This document shows, piece by piece, positions 1 through 10,868 of a stretch of DNA of 64,000 bases. The notes under the pieces were generated by a model, which worked only from the letters and a program-made list of their open reading frames with translations, was not told where the DNA came from and made no database searches. How positions within the stretch are numbered: the stretch's first letter is position 1; each line of letters opens with the position of its first letter. Source of the DNA: Balanoglossus misakiensis (lineage: Eukaryota; Animalia; Hemichordata); NCBI GenBank assembly GCA_040954595.2, contig CM082587.2, positions 11,613,498-11,677,497 of the forward strand, in the 5' to 3' direction. Made by a program: the position numbers and the translations under genes.

Positions 1-155
1 TAATTTGAATCACCCAAGACAAAATTACCATTTTCGACTTTTTTTCGAAAAATTGTCTTTTTTACAAAATAAATAAGAATAAATTCTTTTCTTAGTTTCA
101 AACGGGTAGAGATACTTTCCACAAGGGTTTTCTAACATTGAATTCCCGTTCATCA

Positions 156-1050
156 ACTCAGATTTCCTACAGCATAAGTCGGCTAAAACCCTGACACTCT
201 AGAGCAGAAACAGTTGCACACTGGTAACGTTGAACAAGTCGATTTTTCTATGGCCTGGCTCGGCTAAATCTCCGTCACAATATGACAGACACTAGCGTAC
301 GTTAGCAACGGTGATCAAGTCAGATTTTCTACGGCATGGCTTGGATAAAGCCCCGGCACTCTAGAGCAGAAACACGCGTACAGAGACCACGTTGATCAAG
401 TCTGATCTCCTACGGCTTGGCTCGACTAAAACCCCGGCACACTATGACAGACACTAGCGTTCGTTAGCAACGTTGATCAAGTCAGATTTCCTACGGCATG
501 GCTTGGCTAAAGCCCTGGCACTCTAGAGCAGAAACACGCGTACAGAGACCACGTTGATCTACTCACATTTCCTTCGGCCTGGCACGGCTGATGCCCCGGC
601 ACTATATATATGACACAGACTGGCGTAAGTTAACAACGGTAATCACGTCGGGTTTCCTACGGCCTGGCTCAGCTGAAGCCCCGGCACTCTAGAGCAGAAA
701 CAGGCGTACATTGACCACGTTGATCAAGTCAGATTTCCTACGGCGTGACTCGGCTGGTGCACCGGCTCTATATGACACAGACTGGCGTAAGTTATCAACG
801 GTGATTACGTCGGATTTCCTACGGCCTGGTTTACCTGAAGCCCCGGTACTTTAGAGCGGAAACACGCGTACATTGACCACGATGATCAAGTCAGATCTCC
901 TACGGCCTGGCTCGACTAAAACCCCGGCACACCATGATAGACACTAGCGTTCGTTAGCAACGGTGATCAAGTCGGATTTCCTTCGGCCTGGCTCTGCAAA
1001 AGACCCGACACTCTAGTACAAAGACGTTGGCTAAGTCGGGCAAACCGAAG
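156..1050 (+). repeat. Representative GC-rich block of ~11 x 81-bp monomers (alternating A/B types, 162-bp dimer)
   Basis: A TGATCAAGTCAGATTTCCTACGG-like core recurs at about 232, 312, 393, 474, 555, 640, 721, 802, 883 and 964 (81-bp period). Monomer 3' halves alternate between CTCTAGAGCAGAAACACGCGTAC and TATGACAGACACTAGCGTTCGTTAGC types. Confidence 0.95.
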
Positions 1051-1280
1051 AGGGAAAGTCACAGCGGTTCAACACTTGACATTTGTTCGGGTAGGACTGC
1101 ATTATTGCCTGTCAATTTATAGAGAAAGCCCGAAATTAACCAGGGCGTTTCAAACACCGACGTTAGTTGGGGGCACGGCCTGCAGTACTGCCGGGTAAGC
1201 TGACATCGGCGTACTACATATAATGTAGGGGGGGGGGGAACAGAATGGTTCAATACTACATTTATTAGATATCAACTAAT
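1051..1280. other. Representative single-copy segment of the macrosatellite unit, with the palindrome GCAGTACTGC and a poly-G tract
   Basis: This segment is not part of either sub-repeat and occurs once per unit. The G-run after ATAATGTA varies from about 7 to 17 nt between units. Confidence 0.85.
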
Positions 1281-2194
1281 TTTGGACAATCATCTAAAAT
1301 CTAAATCATTTTTTCATATTTGGATATCTGATGATGTATTTCCATTACATGTAAAAATGGTGCTGATTATAAAAAATGCATTCTGATTTAATACAAAATT
1401 GCGTTTTATTCGTTTTTGCACCAAAAAGGTCATTTTTAGGCAAAACATTCTTTATTTTTTTAATTCGGTGACCTGATCATATATAAAAAATTGCTTGTAT
1501 GTTAAAATTTTTTATGATTTTTAAAAGCAGTGACACTGGCGGCATTCAACACGAAAATAACAATTTTAGCCACAATTTGGTCAAAATGGTAAATTTTTGA
1601 AAATTACAAAAAAATACCCGTTTTCTACATTTTCGGAAATCTGATGGAGTATAGAATGCTCTTCGTATGTATATATCGATACAAATTCCACAAAAGACCG
1701 TCTAATTTGGCTCACTGCAGACAAAATTGCGTTTTACCAAATTTTCCTTGAAAATGTCATTTTTAGAAGAAAAAAAATAAAAAAACCTTTGTTCTTCGAA
1801 TTTGGTGCCCTGATCATATATGACATGTTGATTGTATGTTAAAACTTTCGACCACTCCAAAAATGCAGATATATTGACGGAATTCAAGAAAAAATAGCCA
1901 TTTTGGCCATATTTTGACAAAAATGGTAAATTTTTAAAAAATCATAAAAAAATAACTTTTCTTCATTTTCCGAAATATTATGGAGCATGAAGTGTCGTTC
2001 TCTTGTAAGAAGTGCAGCAAATTCCAGAAAAGGCGGTATAATTTGAATCACCCAAGACAAAATTACCATTTTCGACTTTTTTTCGAAAAATTGTCTTTTT
2101 TACAAAATAAATAAGAATAAATTCTTTTCTTAGTTTCAAACGGGTAGAGATACTTTCCACACGGGTTTTCTAACATTGAATTCCCATTCATCAA
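1281..2194 (+). repeat. Representative AT-rich block of ~2.7 degenerate ~330-337-bp sub-repeats rich in A/T tracts
   Basis: Paired motifs: CTGATCATATAT (~1473/1810), TTGTATGTTAAAA (~1495/1832), AAAATGGTAAATTTTT (~1583/1920), CAAATTCCA (~1682/2018) and CAAAATT (~1395/1722/2058). Confidence 0.85.
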
Positions 2195-5100
2195 CTCAGA
2201 TTTCCTACAGCATAAGTCGGCTAAAATCCTGACACTCTAGAGCAGAAACAGTTGCACACTGGTAACGTTGAACATGTCGATTTTTCTAGGGCCTGGCTCT
2301 GCTAAATCACCGTCACAATATGACAGACACTAGCGTACGTTAGCAACGGTGATCAAGTCAGATTTTCTACGGCATGGCTTGGATAAAGCCCCGGCACTCT
2401 AGAGCAGAAACACGCGTACAGAGACGATCAAGTCTGATCTCCTACGGCTTGGCTCGACTAAAACCATGGCACACTTTGACAGACACTAGCGTTCGTTAGC
2501 AACGTTGATCAAGTCAGATTTCCTACGGCATGGCTTGGCTAAAGTCCTGGCACTCTAGAGCAGAAACACGCGTACAGAGACCACGTTGATCTACTCACAT
2601 TTCCTTCGGCCTGGCACGGCTGATGCCCCGGCACTATATATAGGACACAGACTGGCGTAAGTTAACAACGGTAATCACGTCGGGTTTCCTACGGCGTGGC
2701 TCAGCTGAAGCCCCGGCACTCTAGAGCAGAAACAGGCGTACATTGACCACGTTGATCAAGTCAGATTTCCTACGGCGTGACTCGGCTGGTGCACCGGCTC
2801 TATATGACACAGACTGGCGTAAGTTATCAACAGTGATTACGTCGGATTTCCTACGGCCTGGTTTAGCTGAAGCCCCGGCACTTTAGAGCGGAAACACGCG
2901 TACATTGACCACGATGATCAAGTCAGATCTCCTACGGCCTGGCTCGACTAAAACCCCGGCACACCATGACAGACACTAGCGTTCGTTAGCAACGGTGATC
3001 AAGTCGGATTTCCTTCGGCCTGGCTCTGCAAAAGACCCGACACTCTAGTACAAAGACGTTGGCTAAGTCGGGCAAACCGAGGAGGGAAAGTCACAGCGGT
3101 TCAACACTTGACATTTGTTCGGGTAGGACTGCATTATTGCCTGTCAATTTATAGAGAAAGCCCGAAATTAACCAGGGCGTTTCAAACACCGACGTTAGTT
3201 GGGGGCACGGCCTGCAGTACTGCCGGGTAAGCTGACATCGGCGTACCGCATATAATGTAGGGGGGGGGGGGGGGGGAACAGAATGGTTCAATACTACATT
3301 TATTAGATATCAACTAATTTTGGACAATCATCTAAAATCTAAATCATTTTTTCATATTTGGATATCTGATGATGTATGAAATTTCCATTATATGTAAAAA
3401 TGGTGCTGATTATAAAAAATGCATTCTGATTCAATACAAAATTGCGTTTTATTCGTTTTTGCACCAAAAAGGTCATTTTTAGGCAAAACATTCTTTATTT
3501 TTTTAATTCGGTGTCCTGATCATATATAAACAATTGCTTGTATGTTAAAAGTTTTTATGACTTTTAAAAGCAGTGACACTGGCGGCATTCAACACGAAAA
3601 TAACAATTGTAGCCACAATTTGGTCAAAATGGTAAATTTTTGAAAATTACAAAAAATACCTGTTTTCTACATTTTCGGAAATCTGATGGAGTATAGAATG
3701 CTCTTCGCATGTATATATCGATACAAATTCCACAAAAGACCGTCTAATTTGGCTCACTGCAGACAAAATTGCGTTTTACCAAATTTTCCTTGAAAATGTC
3801 ATTTTTAGAAAAAAAAATTAAAAAACCTTTGTTCTTCGAATTTGGTGCCCTGATCATATATGACATGTTGATTGTATGTTAAGACTTTCGACCACTCCAA
3901 AAATGCAGAGATATTGACGGAATTCAAGAAAAAATAGCCATTTTGGCCATATTTTGACAAAAATGGTAAATTTTTAAAAAATCATAAGAAATTAACTCTT
4001 TTCTTATTTTTTCGGAAATATTATGGAGCATGAAGTGTCGTTCTCTTGTAAAAAGTGCTGCAAATTCCAGAAAAGGCGGTATAATTTAAATCACCCAAGA
4101 CAAAATTACCATTTTCGACTTGTTTTCGAAAAATTGTCTTTTTACAAAATAAATAAGAATAAATTCTTTTCTTAGTTTCAAACGGGTAGAGATACTTTCC
4201 ACACGGGTTTTCTAACATTGAATTCCCGTTCATCAACTCAGATTTCCTACAGCATAAGTCGGCTAAAACCCTGACACTCTAGAGCAGAAACAGTTGCACA
4301 CTGGTAACGTTGAACAAGTCGATTTTTCTACGGCCTGGCTCCGCTAAATGTCCGTCACAATATGACAGACACTAGCGTACGTTAGCAACGGTGATCAAGT
4401 CAGATTTTCTACGGCATGGCTTGGATAAAGCCCCGGCACTCTAGAGCAGAAACACGCGTACAGAGACCACGTTTATCAAGTCTGATCTCCTACGGCTTGG
4501 CTCGACTAAAACCCCGGCACACTATGACAGACACTAGCGTTCGTTAGCAACGTTGATCAAGTCAGATTTCCTACGGCATGGCTTGGCTAAAGCCAAGGCA
4601 CTCTAGAGCAGAAACACGCGTACAGAGACCACGTTGATCTACTCACATTTCCTTCGGCCTGGCACGGCTGATGCCCCGGCACTATATATAAGACACAGAC
4701 TGGCGTAAGTTAACAACGGTAATCACGTCGGGTTTCCTACGGCCTGGCTCAGCTGAAGCCCCGGCATTCTAGAGCAGAAACAGGCGTACATTGACCACGT
4801 TGATCAAGTCAGATTTCCTACGGCGTGACTCGGCTGGTGCACCGGCTCTATATGACACAGACTGGCGTAAGTTATCAACGGTGATTACGGCGGATGTCCT
4901 ACGGCCTGGTTTAGCTGAAGCCCCGGCACTTTAGAGCGGAAACACGCGTACATTGACCACGATGATCAAGTCAGATCTCCTACGGCCTGGCCCGACTAAA
5001 ACCCCGGCACACCATGACAGACACTAGCGTTCGTTAGCAACGGTGATCAAGTCGGATTTCCTTCGGCCTGGCTCTGCAAAAGACCCGACACTCTAGTACA

Positions 5101-8100
5101 AAGACGTTGGCTAAGTCGGGCAAACCGAAGAGGGAAAGTCAAAGCGGGTCAACACTCGACATTTGTTCCGGTAGGACTGCATTATTGCCTGTCAATTTAT
5201 AGAGAAAGCCCGAATTTAACCAGGGCGTTTCAAACACCGACGTTAGTTGGGGGCATGGCCTGCAGTACTGCTGGGTAAGCTGACATCGGCGTACCGCATA
5301 TAATGTAGGGGGGGGGGGGGAACAGAACGGTTCAATACTACATTTATTAGATATCAGCTAATTTTGGACAATCATCTAAAATCTAAATCATTTTTTTCAT
5401 ATTTGGATATCTGATGATGTATTAAATTTCCATTACATGTAAAAATGGTGCTGATTATAAAAAATGCATTCTGATTTAATACAAAATTGCGTTTTATTCG
5501 TTTTTGCACCAAAAAGGTCATTTTTAGGCAAAACATTCTTTATTTTTTTAATTCGGTGACCTGATCATATATAAACAATTGCTTGTATGTTAAAAGTTTT
5601 TATGACTTTTAAAAGCAGTGACACTGGCGGCATTCAACACGAAAATAACAATTTTAGCCACAATTTGGTCAAAATGGTAAATTTTTGAAAATTACAAAAA
5701 AATACCTGTTTTCTACATTTTCGGAAATCTGATGGAGTATAGAATGCTCTTCGTATGTATATATCGATACAAATTCCACAAAAGACCGTCTAATTTGGCT
5801 CACTGCAGACAAAATTGCGTTTTACCAAATTTTCCTTGAAAATGTCATTTTTAGAAGAAAAAAAATAAAAAAACCTTTGTTCTTCGAATTTGGTGCCCTG
5901 ATCATATATGACATGTTGATTGTATGTTAAAACTTTCGACCACTCCAAAAATGCAGATATATTGACGGAATTCAAGAAAAAATAGCCATTTTGGCCATAT
6001 TTTGACAAAAATGGTAAATTTTTAAAAAATCATAAAAAATAACTCTTTTCTTCATTTTCCGAAATATTATGGAGCATGAAGTGTCGTTCTCTTGTAAGAA
6101 GTGCAGCAAATTCCAGAAAAGGCGGTATAATTTGAATCACCCAAGACAAAATTACCATTTTCGACTTTTTTTCGAAAAATTGTCTTTTTTACAAAATAAA
6201 TAAGAATAAATTCTTTTCTTAGTTTCAAACGGGTAGAGATACTTTCCACAAGGGTTTTCTAACATTGAATTCCCGTTCATCATCTCAGATTTCCTACAGC
6301 ATAAGTCGGCTAAAACCCTGACACTCTAGAGCAGAAACAGTTGCACACTGGTAACGTTGAACAAGTCGATTTTTCTATGGCCTGGCTCGGCTAAATCTCC
6401 GTCACAATATGACAGACACTAGCGTACGTTAGCAACGGTGATGAAGTCAGATTTTCTACGGCATGGCTTGGATAAATCCCCGGCACTCTAGAGCAGAAAC
6501 ACGCGTACAGAGACCACGTTGATCAAGTCTGATCTCCTACGGCTTGGCTCGACTAAAACCCCGGCACACTATGACAGACGCTAGCGTTCGTTAGCAACGT
6601 TGATCAAGTCAGATTTCCTACGGCATGGCTTGGCTAAAGCCCTGGCACTCTAGAGCAGAAACACGCGTACAGAGACCACGTTGATCTACTCACATTTCCT
6701 TCGGCCTGGCACGGCTGATGCCCCGGCACTATATATAGGACACAGACTGGCGTAAGTTAACAACGGTAATCACGTCGGGTTTCCTACGGCCTGGTTCAGC
6801 TGAAGCCCCGGCACTCTAGAGCAGAAACAGGCGTACATTGACCACGTTGATCAAGTCAGATTTCCTACGGCGTGACTCGGCTTGTGCACCGGCTCTATAT
6901 GACACAGACTGGCGTAAGTTATCAACGGTGATTACGTCGGATTTCCTACGGTCTGGTTTCGCTGAAGCCCCGGCACTTTAGAGCGGAAACACGCGTACAT
7001 TGACCACGATGATCAAGTCAGATCTCCTACGGCCTGGCTCGACTAAAACCCCGGCACACCATGACAGACACTAGCGTTCGTTAGCAACGGTGATCAAGTC
7101 GGATTTCCTTCGGCCTGGCTCTGCAAAAGACCTGACACTCTAGTACAAAGACGTTGGCTAAGTCGGGCAAACCGAAGATGGTAAGTCACAGCGGGTCAAC
7201 ACTCGACATTTGTTCGGGTAGGACTGCATTATTGCCTGTCAATTTATAGAGAAAGCCCGAATTTAACCAGGGCGTTCCAAACACCGACGTTAGTTGGGGG
7301 CACGGCCTGCAGTACTGCCGGGTAAGCTGACATCGGCGTACCGCATATAATGTAAGGGGGGGGGGGGGCAAACAGAACGGTTCAATACTACATTTATTAG
7401 ATATCAGCTAATTTTGGACAATCATCTAAAATCTAAATCATTTTTTCATATTTGGATATCTAATGATGTATGAAATTTCAATTATATGTAAAAATGGTGC
7501 TGATTATAAAAAATGCACTCTGAATGAGCTGATTTAATACAAAATTACGTTTTATTCGTTTTTGCACCTAAAAGGTCATTTTTAGGCAAAACATTCTTTA
7601 TTTTTTTAATTCGGTGACCTGATCATATATAAAGAATTGCTTGTATGTTAAAAGTTTTTATGACTTTTAAAAGCAGTGACACTGGCGGCATTCAACACGA
7701 AAATAACAATTTTAGCCACAATTTGGTCAAAACGGTAAATTTTTGAAAATTACAAAAAATACCTGTTTTCTACATTTTCGGAAATCTGATGGAGTATAGA
7801 TTGCTCTTCGTATGTATATATCGATACAAATTCCACAAAAGACCGTCTAATTTGGCTCACTGCAGACAAAATTGCGTTTTACCAAATTTTCCTTGAAAAT
7901 GTCATTTTTAGAAAAAAAAATAAAAACACCTTTGTCCTTCGAATTTGGTGCCCTGATCATATATGACATGTTGATTGTATGTTAAAACTGTCGACCACTC
8001 CAAAAATGCAGAGATATTGACGGAATTCAAGAAAAAATAGCCATTTTGGCCATATTTTGACAAAAATGGTAAATTTTTAAAAAATCATAAAAAATTAACT

Positions 8101-10767
8101 CTTTTCTTCATTTTCGGAAATATTATGGAGCATGAAGTGTCGTTCTCTTGCAAAAAGTGCTGCAAATTCCAGAAAAGGCGGTATCATTTGAATCACCCAA
8201 GACAAAATTACCATTTTCGACTTTTTTCGAAAAATTGTCTTTTTTACAAAATAAATAAGAATAAATTCTTTTCTTAGTTTCAAACGGATAGAGATACTTT
8301 CCACACGGGTTTTCTAACATTGAATTCCCGTTCATCAACTCAGATTTCCTACAGCATAAGTCGGCTAAAACCCTGACACTCTAGAGCAGAAACAGTTGCA
8401 CACTGGTAACGTTGAACAAGTCGATTTTTCTACGGCCTGGCTCGGCTAAATCTCCGTCACAATATGACAGACACTAGCGTACGTTAGCAACGGTGATCAA
8501 GTCAGATTTTCTACGGCATGGCTTGGCTAAAGCCCTGGCACTCAAGAGCAGAAACACGCGTACAGAGACCACGTTGATCTACTCACATTTCCTTCGGCCT
8601 GGCACGGCTGATGCCCCGGCACTCTAGAGCAGAAACAGGCGTACATTGACCACGTTGATCAAGTCAGATTTCCTACGGCGTGACTCGGCTGGTGCACCGG
8701 CTCTATATGACACAGACTGGCGTAAGTTATCAACGGTGATTACGTCGGATTTCCTACGGCCTGGTTTAGCTGAAGCACCGGCACTTTAGAGCGGAAACAC
8801 GCGTACATTGACCACGATGATCAAGTCAGATCTCCTACGGCCTGGCTCAACTAAAACCCCGGCACACCATGACAGACACTAGCGTTCGTTAGCAACGGTG
8901 ATCAAGTCGGATTTCCTTCGGCCTGGCTCTGCAAAAGACCCGACTTTCTAGTACAAAGACGTTGGCTAAGTCGGGCAAACCGAAGAGGGAAAGTCACAGC
9001 GGGTCAACACTCGACATTTGTTCGGGTAGGACTGCTTTATTGCCTGTCAATTTATAGAGAAAGCTCGAATTTAACCAGGGCGTTTCAAACACCGACGTTA
9101 GTTGGGGGCACGGCCTGCAGTACTGCCGGGTAAGCTGACATCGGCGTACCGCATGTAATGTAGGGGGGGGGGAACAGAACGGTTCAATACTACATTTATC
9201 AGATATCAGCTAATTTTGGACAATCATCTTAAATATATCTAATTCATTTTTTCATATTTGGATATCTGATGATGTATGAAATTTCCATTATATGTAAAAA
9301 TGGTGCTGATTATAAAAAATGCACTCTGAATGAGCTGATTTAATACAAAATTGCGTTTTATTCGTTTTTGCACCAAAAAGGTCATTTTTAGGGAAAACAT
9401 TCTTTATTTTTTTAATTCGGTGACCTGATCATATATAAACAATTGCTTGTATGTTAAAAGTTTTTATGACTTTAAAAAGCAGTGACACTGGCGGCATTCA
9501 ACACGAAAATAACAATTTTAGCCACAATTTGGTCAAAATGGTAAATTTTTGAAAATTACAAAAAATACCTGTTTTCTACATTTTCGGAAATCTGATGGAG
9601 TATAGAATGCTCTTCGTATATATATATCGATACAAATTCCACAAAAAAAACGGCCAATTTGGCTCACTGCAGACAAAATTGCGTTTTAGCAAATATTCCT
9701 TGAAAATGTCATTTTTAGAAAAAAAAAATAAAAAAACCTTTGTTCTTCGAATTTGGTGCCCTGATCATATATGACATGTTGATTGTACGTTAAAACTCTC
9801 GACCACTCCAAAAATGCAGAGATATTGACGGAATTCAAGAAAAATAGCCATTTTGGCCATATTTTGACAAAAATGGTAAATTTTTAAAAAATCATAAAAA
9901 ATTAACTCTTTTCTTCATTTTCGGAAATATTATGGAGCATGAAGTGTCGTTCTCTTGTAAAAAGTGCTGCAAATTCCAGAAAAGGCGGTATAATTTGAAT
10001 CACCCAAGACAAAATTACCATTATCGACTTTTTTTCGAAAAATTGTCTTTTTTACAAAATAAATAAGAATAAATTCTTTTCTTAGTTTCAAACGGGTAGA
10101 GATACTTTCCACACGGGTTTTCTAACATTGAATTCCCGTGCATCAACTCAGATTTCCTACAGCATAAGTCGGCTAAAACCCTGACACTCTAGAGCAGAAA
10201 CAGTTGCACACTGGTAACGTTGAACAAGTCGATTTTTCTACGGCCTGGCTCGGCTAAATCTCCGTCACAATATGACAGACACTAGCGTACGTTAGCAACG
10301 GTGATCAAGTCAGATTTTCTACGGCATGGCTTGGATAAAGCCCCGGCACTCTAGAGCAGAAACACGCGTACAGAGACCACGTTGATCAAGTCTGATCTCC
10401 TACGGCTTGGCTCGACTAAAACCCCGGCACACTATGACAGACACTAGCGTTCGTTAGCAACGTTGATCAAGTCAGATTTCCTACGGCATGGCTTGGCTAA
10501 AGCCCTGGCACTCTAGAGCAGAAACACGCGTACAGAGACCACGTTGATCTACTCACATTTCCTTCGGCCTGGCACGGCTCATGCCCCGGCACTATATATA
10601 GGACACAGACTGGCGTAAGTTAACAACGGTAATCACGTCGGGTTTACTACGGCCTGGCTCAGCTGAAGCCCCGGCATTCTAGAGCAGAAACAGGCGTACA
10701 TTGACCACGTTGATCAAGTCAGATTTCCTACGGCGTGACTCGGCTGGTGCACCGGCTCTATATGACA

Positions 10768-10780
10768 CAGACTGGCGTAA
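10768..10780 (+). other. Left target-site duplication of the Tx1-like element (CAGACTGGCGTAA)
   Basis: The identical 13-mer occurs at 17581-17593. Uninterrupted units read ...GACACAGACTGGCGTAAGTTATC... with a single copy. Confidence 0.95.
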
Positions 10781-10807
10781 TTTTTTTTTTTTTTTTTTTT
10801 TTTATCT

Positions 10808-10813
10808 TTTATT
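10808..10813 (-). terminator. Polyadenylation signal AATAAA of the Tx1-like element
   Basis: TTTATT on plus, 4 nt from the poly-A tail. The 3'UTR is only ~65 nt (10804-10868). Confidence 0.7.
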
Positions 10814-10868
10814 AAAAAAACTTTCAGTGTTACATTAACATATCAAAAAAAAGAAACCAACCGAAAAC

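Larger units (their letters stand above)
1..10780 (+). repeat. Composite ~2.05-kb macrosatellite array, left block (about 5 units)
   Basis: The unit-start motif ACTCAGATTTCCTACAGCATAAGTCGGCTAAAA recurs at about 156, 2195, 4236, 6284, 8338 and 10146. Copies are near-identical, and the same spurious ORFs recur at ~2-kb spacing. Confidence 0.97.

Noticed and set aside
156-1050. CRISPR-like appearance of a regularly spaced GATCAAGTCAGATTTCCTACGG core
   Set aside because: The intervening sequences are homologous to one another rather than unique spacers, there are no cas genes, and the context is eukaryotic.
470-1280. Fragments resembling U2 snRNA (TTGGCTAA, GATCAAGT, GTAGTAT)
   Set aside because: The matches are short, out of order and on different strands. 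No colinear U2, 5S or tRNA sequence can be built.
156-2194. Unit as a tandemly amplified Helitron/Helentron or MITE
   Set aside because: Plausible in principle, but I found no TIRs, subTIRs, TC/CTRR ends or TSD that define element termini.
3259-3276. Poly-G tracts as conserved G-quadruplexes
   Set aside because: Run length varies from about 7 to 17, many runs are too short for an intramolecular G4, and homopolymer lengths are unreliable.
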